Positions 50,784-64,000 of a stretch of 64,000 nucleotides of DNA are shown here, one piece after another; the stretch's first letter is position 1; every line of letters starts with the position of its first letter. Source of the DNA: Podarcis tiliguerta. Taxonomy: Eukaryota. The translations under genes and the position numbers were made by a program. The notes under the pieces are model-generated. The model did not search any database, was not told the origin of the DNA, and saw only the letters and a program-made list of their open reading frames with translations. The stretch lies in the NCBI GenBank assembly GCA_965153285.1, contig OZ229111.1; one strand, written 5' to 3'.

Positions 50784-51024
50784 CAATTAATTAACAAAGA
50801 AGGGCTGTTGCCTTCATACCTGCGTATGGGAAGCATCTGGTTAGCCAATGCTGGATACTAGATACTGACTTTTGGGTCCAATCCAATAGGGCTCTCATAT
50901 TATATTTAACTTAAAAGCAGTTGACTTTAAAAAAATAAATAAATGCATTAATCTGCGTTGTAACAAATCTGTTTTAAAGCTTATCTATATAATAAAGATA
51001 ATAAAACTGTGACTGTACCGTTAC

Positions 51025-51158
51025 CTGAAGTCTGGCCAGAATGCTGGCCTTCTTAGAGTTCGATGAGTAACTTCTTGAGCAGGAAACACTGCAGAAGCGC
51101 TTGGTTTTAGAGTAAAAGGCATCTCTGACACCAACCATCCCGCACATTTCACAGGTAG
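51025..51158 (-). CDS. MBTD1: MBTD1 exon (FCS zinc finger)
   Basis: ATCEMCGMVGVRDAFYSKTKRFCSVSCSRSYSSNSKKASILARLQ. Confidence 0.95.
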
Positions 51159-51718
51159 CTGATAAAGGGAGAAAGATGGCCAGTGTATTACATCTATACT
51201 ATAAAGTGCCACATTCACTGTCAAGCAGCCATGGCTCTATGCAGTCCACATAGAAGATAGTCAACTCAAACTGTGTGTTGGCTATCAACACTTAGACACA
51301 CCCCAAATATACATTATATATTATCTTTATAATACAATCCTTCATCAATCAGATATTTAATAGCTTCTATGTAGATTCTAAAAAGCTTTTTATCTTGGAC
51401 TTCTTTCTCTTCCTCTTTCCTTAATTTGACATGGGAGAGTCGTTTCTGTTGAAGAGAATGAACTACCACTTCCACTGTACAAAAAAGTTTTAATCTTCCA
51501 AAATATTTATTTATTTGCGCATAACGTGCTTTTCTCCAGATCTAACCCACAGAAGGCGGCTGGCAGAAACGGACTTCCCTGCTCCTTCTTCTCTTCTCCC
51601 CAGCAGCCCTCCATAAAGGCTCTCAGGAGAGTCAGGGGCCTGCACTCAATGTGCAGACTGAGGGGAAAACCCTTCCAAAATTGGGTGAAGGCATCCTCCA
51701 CAAGTATGCTACAAACAG

Positions 51719-52115
51719 TAGGGCTGGGCAATGTATTGATATATCATCCAAAATTGGTTTGCGGTCTGCATCGTGATAATGGTTTCATAATATCTGACAT
51801 GGTGATGTATCACGAATCATGATGTATGTGTGTGCTTTGTAAAAAAAAACTGTGGTGTGGGGAAAACTATGAAGCCGGTCATCACTTCTCGCATGGTTCC
51901 TGATGCCCCTGTTGCTCTGTACTATAAAATAACAGTTGTCCCAATATGTTAAAGGTAAGTAAACATGTATCAGTTTTAGACCCCAAAGTAGTAGCAGATG
52001 CAGGCACATTACTCCATTCGCCTCTACATAGTTACAACCTTACTTCAACTGGTATATCACGATGTTTAGCTGATGATATACCACGTTGTTGAAAACCGGA
52101 TATTGCCAAGCCCTA
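51719..52115. mobile_element. hAT non-autonomous element
   Basis: TIR TAGGGCT(G/T)GGCAAT; TSD ACAAACAG/ATAAACAG. Confidence 0.82.
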
Positions 52116-53215
52116 ATAAACAGCATACTGCACTAAAAACAATTACTTAAAACATTTGATTTCATAAAAACAGTTAAGTTTTTAAATAGCGGGGGTGTGT
52201 TATTGTCTTGTTTGTTACTATGTTGTGTATTTTTTAGTTTTTATACTGTCACCCACCCTGTGATCTTCAGATAAAAGGCAACACGCAACCCACACACACA
52301 CACACACGCAAGCTTCCCTCACCCCAAATCTTGCTCTTCTTTTCTTATATTTACCCCTACTATCCCAACTGGGATTGGAACGTCTTCTGTATCAATTTTT
52401 GTGAACTTTGTGTGCATGCACAGACATGGAGAGGAAATCTGGAGCATGGCTTGGGAAGAAATGCTAGATGGTCTAGCTTGTGGCTTCCTTGGTAGAGGAG
52501 TGTGTGCCACCTCTCCAATGGGCTGGATCCAAGGTGCAACTTCCACAAATGGAAGGAATTGAGATTCAGTACAGGCTCCCACTGGAGGAAGGGAAGGGGA
52601 CAATTGTTGCTGCTTCCTGTTCCCCCAAGAGCACCTCAACACTCTTCAAGATGGTCCCACAAGCCACCAGAGCAACTATTCAGTGTCTGCAATAAGATGC
52701 AGGAACAGACGAAATTCACCTCCTCCTCTTCTCCAGTGAGAATGCCCTGTGAGGGGAACTCAGGGAGTGATACTCAAGTTTACTCAGAGCAGATCCACTG
52801 AAATTACTGAACATGACTAAGTTAGATCCATTAATTTCAGTAAGCCTTCTCTGAGTGAGTGTAGTCGATTACCACCTATGGGAACTATGGATCCAAGCCA
52901 ATATCTCTTAAGTTTTCAGGTGTGGTGATGTCCCCTTCTTCCTGAACTCTGAATATTTTTCTGTAAGCATGCTAAAGGAAGGAATCATGCACGCACTTTG
53001 TTTAGGACTTAAGCACACTTCTATGGTTGTCTAGGAGCAGTTTAGCTTTAGTTTAGTGACATGAAACAGTAGAACAGTCTTCACACAAAGCGACACATAT
53101 GTGCATCAGTCTTTGGTCACTGCTCCTAACATCCAAGCAGAAAAAAGAAGTTGGCACCATAGAAATAAGAAGTGGTCATTTGATTTAGCATTCCACTGAA
53201 AAATCATGCACTCAC

Positions 53216-53417
53216 CCATGCCAGATTTGCCATCTGGATATGTGTAGACCTGTCCATTGTTCTTGATAATTGGGAGGTTTGAGGGTAAGGGTGCAACTTC
53301 CTCTTCACTCTCATCAGAGCTTGAGCTACTACTGGTATCCTCACTACAGCTATCATAACCATCAAACATCCCGAACGAATCACGTCTCTTCCTTTCAGAT
53401 CTTGAAGAATGTTCAGT
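53216..53417 (-). CDS. MBTD1: MBTD1 exon containing the MFDGY start (53369)
   Basis: TEHSSRSERKRRDSFGMFDGYDSCSEDTSSSSSSDESEEEVAPLPSNLPIIKNNGQVYTYPDGKSGM. Confidence 0.93.
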
Positions 53418-54779
53418 CTAAAAAGAAAAGCTAAAATGTTAAAACCTCTCAACAAAAGGATCTGAAAGAGATATTTCAGCATTTTAACAGGTTTCCACTG
53501 AGTGTGGAAGATCCATACTACATAATCTTAAGTTACACAGAGAAACAACACATGTAGACAGACAAAATGAAAAGCAATTTGCAAGTGTTACATAGGTGCA
53601 ATGGTATACAATAAACTAACAATGAAATACTTTGCACTACACAAAGCAATATTCAGGATGAGCACCCAACAAAATTATGTTCAATAACCAAACACAAACA
53701 TTTAATTTATTACCCTTATATATTCCACTGTAGAAATCACAGAAGAGCACTTAGGTTGCTTTACATATAGGCAAATGTAAAGCAATGAGCTCTACAAAAA
53801 TTATGTTGGTTTGCTAGCTTCTCTATAGAATGCATCAGTCCTGAAGTTACGGATTTCAATTATGCCACCAAAGTCCTCAATAGTCTTTGCAGAATTCAAG
53901 GGTAAGTTTATCATGTGTTGGTATACCCAGCATTGTTTATCAACAGTTCATCCACTTTTGGCTAACCAGCAGGCAGCATACATTAGCTGAAGTAGGCTAG
54001 GCTGAGACCAGGTGATTGGCCCAAGGTCACCCAGTGAGCTTCTTGGCTGTGTGGAAATTTGAACCCGGGTCTCCCAGGTCCTAGTCCGACACTCTAACCA
54101 CTACACCACACTTGATGCAACCCACGTAACAACCCAGAGAAGGGAATTAAGCTCACTGACCTACCATTTTCTCTTCAGAAAACTGTGGAGCTTTTCTGTG
54201 GTATATTCTCATTTCACACCAGAACTGGAGAGAAAAGCCAGAGCCAGAGTGTATCATTGTTCTTCTTTGCAACTTCTAGGGTCCATTTCCCCCCTTTTGT
54301 TAGCCGCTAAGCACAACCCACCCCTCATCTGTTTCCATCACATATTCTCAGTCTTTGAAGTAGACTATTCCCATAAAGTTAATGATTTGTCATAGAAACA
54401 CTTCCATGGCAACTGACAGAGATAGAATAATACAAGCATCACAAAAGTTAGATTTTATGTGAATGGCTGCTCTACCATGCGCAATCTCAGAATGCCATTA
54501 GTAAGGAGATATCCCTTGCATACTGCAGATCATGCTACACATTTTATTTGCTAAAACAAATGCCACTCCTGAAATCGTTGTAAAAATAAAATAATAATTC
54601 CAGTTTTTATCCACATATCAATAGCACCCCAATCCATAAATCAGACAATCCCATTCTATGGCAGGATGGACAAAGTAGTTCCTTATGATATACAGTAGGT
54701 ACATAGTTGAACAGAAGTCATCAAATGCTACCTTCCAATATTGAGCAATTAGGAAGGAGCAGACCACTGAAAAATAGTG

Positions 54780-55640
54780 TCTTCCACTCATAACAGTTCC
54801 AGACCTGTCAGCAGTATTTGAATGTCCAACAGTTAGAGCAATACACTTTTCAAACGCATTTCCAAGAAGAGGGCATTACAGTATTCCAAATGGCATGTAA
54901 CTAAGGCATGTGTCACTGTCGTCAAATCAGACATCTCAAGGAACAGGCACAGCCAGCACCCTGTGCAAATGTACTCCTGGTCACCAAAGAAACCTGAGCG
55001 AACATGATCAGGGCTGAGTCCAGGAGTATGCCCAGACATAGCAAACCTGTGTCTTCAGAAGGAGTGCTATCCCACCTAGCACAGGTGGAATCTCTGTTCC
55101 CTGTTATGCCTTCTGACTGACCAAGAGCATCTATGTCTTGCCTACCTGTAGATTACATTTCAATTTGCTCACCCTCATCCAGTCCATTACTGATCACAGA
55201 CACCAGTTTACAATCAATACAGCTTCCTTGGATTTAGGTGGAAAAGAGAAATAGAGCTGAGTGTTATCAGCATACTGGTGACACTGAACCCTGAAACTCT
55301 GGACTACCTCTCCCAGTGGTTTCATGCAAACGTTAACTAGCATGAGGGACAAAACGTAACATCGAGGGACTGTGCAAGCCAACAGCCAAGGTGTCAAACA
55401 AGAGTCCCCCAGCACTAACTTCTGGGTTGGCCCCTCCTGGACGGAATGGAACCACTGTAAAACAGGGCCTCCAAGTCCTATCCCAGCAAGGCTACCATGG
55501 TCAATGGCTTTGAAAGTCACCAAGAGGTCCAGCAGAATCAACTGGGACACACTCCCCCTGTCCAGTTCTCCTCGTTAAGTTATCCACCAAGGCAACCAAA
55601 GCTATCTCTGTCCCATAACTATTATACTGCTTATGACTAT
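54780..55640 (-). mobile_element. L2-clade LINE RT fragment
   Basis: LILLDLLVTFKAIDH...MKPLGEVVQSFRVQCHQYADNTQLY (degenerate YADD). Confidence 0.85.
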
Positions 55641-57119
55641 TAGACACAACCTGAGCGTCATTAAGAGAAAAAGATAGTGATTGCAACCTGCAAAGTATAG
55701 CCATGCAAACTTGAATTGCTCATACGTGCTACTGGGATGACAGAAGAGCGTGTGAAAATGTAATGACTGTATTACACATGAGTACTTGACATACACTTAT
55801 TCACACAGCAACTTTCATAAGTTGTAGGGTGAGGCAGGATAAGTAAATACAATGTTCCACAGCAAAAGTCACAGTAAATTTTGTCAGGAGATGGAAAGCC
55901 TGAAAAAATTACGTATTTGGACATTCACAAAATTAGAAACATCCATCCATGTTACATACGTAGTATGTTTTATTATAATTTCTGCTATAATTTTAAAGAA
56001 GTACTAGCATTTCTGTGATGATCACCCACTGAAATTTTATTCATCTTGGGTGGCACGTTTGCATAGCAGCATGGTATTGAGAACTTAAAAGAGAGAGAGC
56101 TAGAGACCACTATCCCAAGTGCAGTTAAGGCACCACAGAACTTGATTACATTTGCAGCATAACTAATACAGTTACTTAAATATATGCTGCAATGATTGTC
56201 CACTTTTAAAAACTATTATGGCCACAGACTACAATTCTTTCTAGTTTAACTTACAGCTTAAGCATTTCAGGGATCTAACAAGTCCTGGCAAAGAAGAGCA
56301 AGACGCATATTGCCCCAGAATACCCATAGACTGATTGTTTTTCTCTGATTTTAAATGCTGTTATGCTGCTAGTGCTAGTTTTGAAGGGCAGGGAATGATT
56401 AATTAAAACACTGAAAATCAATGTTTAAATTGTACTCTGTGTGAACTACCCAGAGGACGTTGTCGCTTGGGCTGCCAATAAATGTTCTAAATAAATAAAT
56501 CCATCCTCATCCCAAGGCATTTGCAATCTGAAGAACAAGAAAGAGACAGGAGAAACTTAAGTTGTGTGACTGTGAAGATGCACAAAATGGTTTTGATAGG
56601 AATCAATTGTAGCAACAGCTCATTCATCCCTTTCAATAGCAACTTCAACATAATCATTTGCTGCAGTGCTAAACATTATGCATATAATGTTGCACCAACA
56701 TAAATAGCTTCAACATTGACCAAAAATCTTCTGTAATGTCATTCAGACAAGCAGTTCCCAACCCCATCTCTAAACACCTCTTTTCTGCCTAGCTCATGTC
56801 AAACAACAGCTTCGTGCACTGACTTTAGGCAACATTTGTCAATGACCTCAATTTTTACATAGCTACAACAACCAACTGACAAGTCAAAGTAATAACTCAT
56901 TGCTGTCTTACAGCCATAGCTAATCATTACAGATTATAACAATGCAGCTGTAACCAGCATATGACCTGAAAGATGCCGCTTCCCTATATACCACAATCTA
57001 TTAGTTCATGAAGCAGGGGGTGCTGGAGGCCTTCAAATTGTATGGGAATCAGAATTAGGCCACTCAATTGAAGATCACAAATGAGGTCTCTGGGCCATTA
57101 CCACCCAAAACAATCTCTG

Positions 57120-57760
57120 CTTGCTTACAGGAGGCCTCCACTGGCACCGGGTGACAGTCAGGCTGGCAAAAATTAATCCCTCCCTTTGCCCTTTATGTTG
57201 GAATGGTTATGGAAAACTTGGTTTATTCATGTTTGGTGGGAAATTTTGCAATATTCTGCATTATATCCACAATTACAAGCCAACCTCTTTCTCCAAATCC
57301 TACCTTAGCCTTACTGTCTTTGGACATAGACTTGGGCTCCACCCTTCACTACATAGAACTAGTAGGCTTCTTACTGACCACAGCATGATTAGTGATAGCT
57401 CAATAATAAAAGAACCAGACTGAAATAACTCTGAGCATTTGGGAAAATAATATCTGGGGTGCAGCAATGTCTGAGCATCTCACCAGACACAAGAGGACAA
57501 TTAAAGGCTTAATGAAAAGAGACACCTTCCAATAAACGTGGAGCCCTTTCTTTAGCTATGTTAATGACCAAAATCGAGACATTGTTATCCTAACAGCTCA
57601 ATCTTTTCAGTGGAGAGATTACATTAAGTAATATGTTTGAACATTGAATGTGTAAGCTCATGTCTAAAGTCAATGGATAGAAAAAACACCACTAGATGCA
57701 CTGCTGCATAAGTGTTTAATGGTTCTTGTATTTGTATAAAAAGTAAAGCCAATAAAAATT
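57120..57760 (+). mobile_element. Decayed L1/Tx1-like 3' fragment
   Basis: RLAKINPSLCPLCWNG resembles the L1 ORF2 C-terminal zinc region; AATAAA plus A-rich end ~57751. Confidence 0.5.
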
Positions 57761-59497
57761 TGTTTTAAGAACTGCAGCAACAGAATAATAATTGGTCCTT
57801 ATCCTACAAACCTATTGTTAGTGCAGCAGGTTGCATGATTGGCCCATAAGATTTAATGCACATGCTGTTGTGTGTTGTGGTACCAACAGTGATAGCAGAA
57901 GGTATGACCCAGTCGTCTTCCAGTATACATTAATCCAGAAGTTTTACCCTCAGTGAGCACTTTCCATATCAACAGATCTGCCAAGGAACCAACAAACATT
58001 ACAGAAGGCTTTGGGACTATTCTAGAATGCATAATTAGTTCACATAGGGGACCAGCTAGGTCTGTAAGATCCAAATGCTCTCTCATGTTAACTGACAACA
58101 CAACATTGAGAACACAGTGTTCCCTCCAATAGCTATGCATTCAGAAGCTTTTGTAAGGCATTTGCTGATACTCTGTTTAAGGATGTAAAAGATTTGCAAG
58201 ACAGACATGCTACCCTGTTCTGGTATACAGTCCATGCACAATGGGCAGAATAGAGAACAGTGGACAAATTAATGGGGCAGGAGACTGAAGCAAATGAGAA
58301 TAGTTAGTATACATGCACATGAGTGTTTCCCTATTAAAGCCCAATCAAGTATTGTAGAAAGGCAAGACAAAGCCACACACGTCATTTAAGACAGCCTTCC
58401 CAACCCAATGCTTTCCTGATGTTTTGGATTACAATTCCCATCAACCACAGCCAGCATGGCTAATAATCAGGGATAAAGGGATCTGTAGTCCAACAACATC
58501 TGGAGGATATCAGGCTGGGGAAGACTGCCTTAAGACAAAAAAGGTGTTTAGTCTAGATACATAATGGAATGGAAAGTTAGGGAGGAAAGCGCTAAAAAGT
58601 TTGAGAATAAAGCTCTGCATCAGCAGTGTCCAAAGCAACATTGTCACAAATAAAAAAACTTTTAAAACTACTGTATCTCTTAACACACACATTAAAATAG
58701 GGCTCAATGTTTACTTATTATTGCTACTAAGTTAATATCCCACTTCCCTCCAATGAGCTCAAGGTGGCATAAATTGTACTCCCTCTCTCCATTTCATCTC
58801 ACAATAACCTTGTGAGATAAGCTAGGCTAAGAGGCAGTGACTGAGTCACTCACTGAGCTTCATGGCCAAGAGGTGATTTGAACCCTGGTATCCCAGATCT
58901 TACTCCAACACACCACACTGGTTTTATATACGTAACAGAATGTTCTGCATTTTAAGTTTAATTACAAATAAGCCACATTTAACAGAGGAAATGAGACTTT
59001 GTGCTGATATCAGCATTTCAACGTCACAAATATAATGCATTAAAGTCAATGCATTTTAAATGAAAAAGTTACATCTTTCGTACTTTATCCCGTGAAACTT
59101 CTCATTGTCAGCATTCAGCATATCTTAATTTGGCAATTTCCCTTTAAAGTCTTCATTATAACATTAATTCTGAAAGCTTTCCCTGAGAAAGGTAAAACTG
59201 ACTCATTTACTTTCTGCTCCAGGATGCTTGTATGCAACAAAGCGGGTTGCAGAATCCTACAGATTAGTGTGAATGTTAGGGGAGGAAAAGTAGCAAGGAT
59301 GACAGGAAAATAAAGGAATAGAACCAAGGCTTGTCATGGCATTTCCCGGATTACTAGGTTTTCTCTTCTACGCTACTGAACATTGGCAGACCTAAACATT
59401 TCCTCTATCCTCTCAAAGGCCACATTCAACCTTCTAAAAACAATCAAATGAAATGTTTGTTGAACACTGGTCTCCACATCCCCTTGCAAAGCATATA

Positions 59498-59723
59498 CAG
59501 TGGTACCTCGGGTTACATATGCTTCAGGTTACAGACTCCGCTAACCCAGAAATAGTGCTTCAGGTTAATAACTTTGCTTCAGGATGAGAACAGAAATCGT
59601 GCTCCAGCGGCGCAGCGGCAGCAGGAGGCCCCATTAGCTAAAGTGGTGCTTCAGGTTAAGAACAGTTTCAGGTTAAGAACAGACCTCTGGAACGAATTAA
59701 GTACGTAACCAGAGGTACCACTG
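59498..59723. mobile_element. Tigger/pogo-type MITE (same family as 6597-6822)
   Basis: TIR CAGTGGTACCTCGGGTTAC, TA TSD. Confidence 0.9.
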
Positions 59724-60372
59724 TACACAAGATGCTCAAGATGCTCAAGGAGGCACAAAATCTCCTCGCTTTTTGATCATTAAACTACTAGGGCAACGCT
59801 GGAGCCGCAGTACTGGCCAAGGTACCAACACACACAAAAAGAGGTATCGAGTTCTCTGCACAGCACACACAGCAGGCAAGGAACGGGCAGCCAAAGGAAC
59901 GCGGAAGGGACTCTGGAAACCTCGAAGAGGCATCGATGAATGAACCACTGGCACTCCGACAGGAGGCAGAAGTTTCTCTCAAGTCCCCGCCACTTTTGCA
60001 CATGTTGCCGGGGGAGTGGGGAGTAAGAAAACACGGGTGGGTGGGTCGGGGCAGATGGAGAAGAGGTAGCTTATACGGAGCAGCATTTCTCGCAGAACAT
60101 CCCACCCTCCTCCCTGCCCAGAGTTGCCTTTCTCAGTCCGCCACTGCTGCTGACTTCCCTCCCACACGGCACAGAATGCAAGGCTGCTCCCCACACCATT
60201 TCTCGCGTGGGTCCCCCAGCCCCTCAGGAAGGGAACCCAAAGCAGCGTGACCCCCCGGAAGCCTCTCAAGTCAGCCACCCCGCTCCGAAGCCGAAGCCTC
60301 CTGCCCTGCCCGGTGCTGGCCGCTGCCTCTGCCTCCCTCGACCCCCCCGGGGGGCTGCTCTGCGCTACTCAC

Positions 60373-60393
60373 CAGGTCCTTTGTGTTTTCCAT
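60373..60393 (-). CDS. MBTD1: MBTD1 first coding segment MENTKDL (long isoform)
   Basis: ATGGAAAACACAAAGGACCTG|gtgagt; phase 0 matches the 53417 acceptor with no stop. Confidence 0.75.
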
Positions 60394-61438
60394 CAGGCCC
60401 TCATGGGCAAAGGATGCCGCCGCCGCTCACCTCCTCCTCCTCCCCCCCTCCCGCCCCCTCGGCTCAGCCCCCACCCCCCGGACTCTCCCCCTCCCCTTTC
60501 CGAGGGGCAGAGCCAGGTTGGAGGAGGAGGAAAGTTCAGCCTCTCACTTTAAACGGGGGGGAAGAGCGCAGAGTGTGTGAGAGAAAAGACATTCAACTCC
60601 AAGCCCCAGAATATCAACAACATTAGCATAACCGCACTGCGCACGCGTAGTACGGCCCCAGCCCACGGCGCGCTCCCATTGGCCCTCTCGCTGTTTGGAT
60701 CGCCCTCGCTCGCCGTACGCGGCTGGGCGGCCTGAACTATGATGCGGAAGGGGGGGGGGAGGAGAGGCGACGGGGACAGAAGACGGCCGCAGACGCGGCG
60801 TTAAAGCGGTCGCCGCGACCGGCTACAGATCTGACGGGATGTTTCTCTCCGTCTCAGTTTGCCTTCAACTGAGGAGACGTTAGTCTTTTTTTTTTTTAAA
60901 AAAAAGGTGCTTTCACCTGCCCCCCCACTGTTTTGTAAGTGATGGGACAGCCCGCCTAGAGAGCGGTTCTTATGAGGGGGAAAAATGGGGGAAAGAGAGT
61001 GTGTGTGTGTTGGGGGGGGGGAATACACTGAAACATTGAGGTCATGTGAAAAGGGGCGGGGCCAGGGAGGTCACGTGGCAATGCTTCTCACGGAGCGGGG
61101 GAAGGCAAAGAGATAGAGAAAAAGACAAATGTTACGCAGATCGTATTATTCCGGTCTCCATTTGCCTTGGGGTGGGGAGGGGTGAGGAGCTCGCGCAGAA
61201 AGCTCCCTCAGCCCGCTTATCTCTCTGGTGATCTATCTGTTTGTTTACATCGCATGTTCATTCAGGGGGACGAGCAGCGTCACGGCGGCTTCCTTGAGTC
61301 CTGTGGTGGGAGGGCGGACGTGTTTGCGCCTGCGTGCCTCTCTATGGTAACTGAGCGGGAAGGGCGTTTCCGGTTTACGTGACGCGAACGTGCGGGCCTT
61401 TCCGCTTCCGGTTTGTGGTCCCCTGAAGGCAGAGGCAC

Positions 61439-61693
61439 ATGGAGGCGAGGGCTGAGGGTCGGCGAGGCGCGTCGAGGAGCAGAAAGCGGCCTCGGGTCGG
61501 AAAAGGGCCGCTTGCAGGAGGCGGGGAGCGAGGCGGCCACATGGCGGCTGCCGCGGAGGAGATCTGTCGGGCTCAGCACTTGGCTATCGTGGCAGACAAG
61601 CCCGCGGCGGAGCGTGGCCTGGAGGAGCTGCTCTTCGGGGACGTGCAGGAAGGAGACGACGACCCGCAGCGTCTGCAAGGCCCGCTGGCGAAG
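61439..61693 (+). CDS. UTP18: UTP18 exon 1
   Basis: M...DKPAAERGLEELLFGDVQEGDDD...PLAK|gtatta, matching the UTP18 N-terminus; choice of start ATG less certain. Confidence 0.85.
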
Positions 61694-62660
61694 GTATTAG
61701 GCGGGAAGCCTGTTTTGGTGTCGTCCCCTCCCCCACGACTGGATAGAAATAATCAGCCTCACGATATCTAGTGGATAATGGTTCTTTCCACCAGTTTCTC
61801 TGCTTTCTATGAGCCCCACATTCCTGCCCGGGCTGCTGGCAGCGTGATAAGCAGGAATTGCACGAATGGGTGTTTATGAACACGCAGATACAGCGATGCA
61901 GATGTTTCATGAGTACATATTACAGAATTTCTGCCTGTCTTACACACCTGGAGCATTGGTCCACAAAAACTGGTGCTGGCCCTGCCGGTTCAGTAGCAAA
62001 TGTTCAGAAGAGAGGGGTGCAGCTGTAGTTATGATAGCACAGCATAGAAAAAGGGCACTCTTTGTGCTTTTTTAAAAAATAAATTTATTGTGGCTTCAGT
62101 CAAACCATTGAGGTTGTAAAGTTGCTAATGGTTGTCCCTTTGTATGGTGGCTGTGTGAATGCCTTTTCACAGATCACAATCTTCTGTCTTGTCCACTTTG
62201 AAAGCATTCCAGGAGGTGGTAAATTAAGTCTGAATGTCCACTGTAACATTCAAGCAAATTAGTTCTTCACCCCCTAAAAAAATTCTTAGCTTTTTCAGTT
62301 CACGTAAATATTTGTAAATTCACCATAGTATCCAGATATGGGGTACTGTCCTGTCATGGTAGCAAACAGTGCAAGTATGCCTTCTGAACTCTGAAGGCCA
62401 TTATATGGGTGCTGTAAAACAGCACAATGTTCATCAGGTATGTGGTTGTCAGGAAATTCTGTCCGACATGCCTCAGGATTCATGTGGCAGTACAGCTGAG
62501 ACTGGGCTTGTCAGTTTTTTCAGTTTCAGGCTCCTGATAAATTGTGTGAGAATAAACAATGATAAGTTTTTAGGAATTTTTTCAGATTCATTGGTGGCAA
62601 TCTGTAACATATTTTTAAATTCTAAGATTAAAGAAAATATTCTTTCTTTTTTTTTTTAAG

Positions 62661-62794
62661 GTTGGTGATGTGCTCAGTGGGAATCTCCTTGAAGGAGAAT
62701 CTGATGACTCAGAAGTGGAGAATGAAACGGAAGACAACTTTCTTCCATCTGAAAAACCAGCATGGGTGGATGAAGATGATGAAGCTGAGGAAAT
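62661..62794 (+). CDS. UTP18: UTP18 exon 2
   Basis: VGDVLSGNLLEGESDDSEVENETEDNFLPSEKPAWVDEDDEAEE. Confidence 0.9.
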
Positions 62795-63586
62795 GTAAGC
62801 AGCACTCATAGGCTATGTTTGCATGTCACAGTAATCCATGGTTAGTGGTTTACTTGGATGTGTAATGCACCTATTGTAAATTGACTCATGAAGTGTGGTG
62901 AAGCAAAGCTGTAGTTGTAAGCAAGTTGCATTGAACTCTGGGGCTTGTCTTCATCCTAACATATGTAGGTTTGGGGTGTAAGCATCTTACATCTTGTGAG
63001 TGCAGGGTCAAGAGTCGCACGAGCAGATGTACCTTTTTCCTCTTCCCCCTGCGGGTCCCTATGTGTCCCCCAAACTTTGCTCTGGAGGGATTGTCAATCC
63101 TCCAGAGCAGACTTTGGGTGACTGCAGGTTGAAGGAGAGTCACCTTTGCACAAGTGGAAGTCCATTGCATCAGTGCACAATTGGATACCACCCATCATCT
63201 TAACCATTCATTCTGAGTGAAGATGTTAATGTGTGTGCCTTCTGCAAGTTTTTACAAAATATTGCCAGGCTGTCCACTTTTTGAGAGCTTTGGAAATTCT
63301 AGAACCTTATAGCTGATTTTAAAATAAACTTTTTTTCCATTTCTTCCCCATGCTAATCCTGTAAAGTAGGTTAGGAAGAGGAAGTATTTTACCGTATTTT
63401 TTTGCTCTATACGACTCACTTTTTCCCTCCTAAAAAGTAAGGGGAAATGTGTGTGCGTCTTATGGAGCGAATTCTGCAACTATCCCAGAAGCCAGAACAG
63501 CAAGAGGGATTGCTGCTTTCACTGCGCAGTGATCCCTCTTGCTGTTCAGAACTGTACAAATTTAGCATGTGACTTTTTTCTCCTAG

Positions 63587-63682
63587 AATTGACATGACCC
63601 ATCGATATCGAAAAAACATGATGAAAAGTGGTGCAGAAAAGAAGCTTACAAAGGAAAAACTTCAAAGAAGACTTCAAGAACA
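63587..63682 (+). CDS. UTP18: UTP18 exon 3 (gene continues beyond window)
   Basis: IDMTHRYRKNMMKSGAEKKLTKEKLQRRLQE; tcctag / gtgagt. Confidence 0.9.
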
Positions 63683-64000
63683 GTGAGTGTTAATGGTAAC
63701 ATGGACAAGAGGCAACCACCTTAAGAAAAATTAACTTTTGCTTATTTATTTGAATTGGCATCAAAAAATGTTAGCATATAACCTCATTTTTGAAGAGGCC
63801 TTCCAATATGTGCTTTCTCAAAACAGACAATTTGTAAATTGATCTGAATTTTTGAAGATGTATATATTTATTTCCGTACGTACTAAAATGCAAAAAAACA
63901 CCCCACAACAATTTTCTTTATGCAGCTATGAAGTTTTACTGCTTAATATTGAGAAAAGCGGAAATGGCAAGGATGATTCAAATTGAACTTAAAAAGGAAG

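Larger units (their letters stand above)
60100..61760. promoter_or_regulatory. CpG-island bidirectional promoter MBTD1(-)/UTP18(+)
   Basis: NRF1-like tgcgcacgcg ~60638, inverted CCAAT ~60678, GC box ~61053, E-box GTCACGTG ~61070, two ETS ttccgg ~61368/61406, CRE-like tacgtgacg ~61376. Confidence 0.85.

Noticed and set aside
59745-61400. Multiple ORFs in the MBTD1/UTP18 island
   Set aside because: Same GC artefact; only the MENTKDL segment, its uORF and the UTP18 frame are supported.

Overview
Vertebrate genomic DNA, most likely a squamate (lacertid-like) lizard, judged from Sauria SINEs, a tRNA-Lys/CR1-tail SINE, L2/CR1/Penelope relics and hAT/Tc1-mariner MITEs. The window holds the conserved NME1-NME2-MBTD1-UTP18 block: the last exon of an NME1-like gene (+, 44-161), complete NME2 (+, 4 coding exons, 153 aa), complete MBTD1 (-, 17 coding exons, 716 aa with an N-terminal extension and a 64-aa symmetric cassette exon, ~4-kb 3'UTR converging on NME2), a CpG-island bidirectional promoter, and the first three exons of UTP18 (+). 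I checked all splice phases by hand. No CRISPR array, rRNA or intact tRNA is supported. The least explained signal is a ~330-bp CpG-undepleted segment in an MBTD1 intron (~39490-39825) with two long, mutually exclusive inverted-repeat pairings. Other points of interest: a 3-codon uORF whose stop overlaps the MBTD1 long-isoform ATG, a preserved reading frame for an NME1-NME2 read-through fusion, a hAT MITE next to an MBTD1 acceptor that is open in frame, and a perfect 55-bp-arm palindrome.
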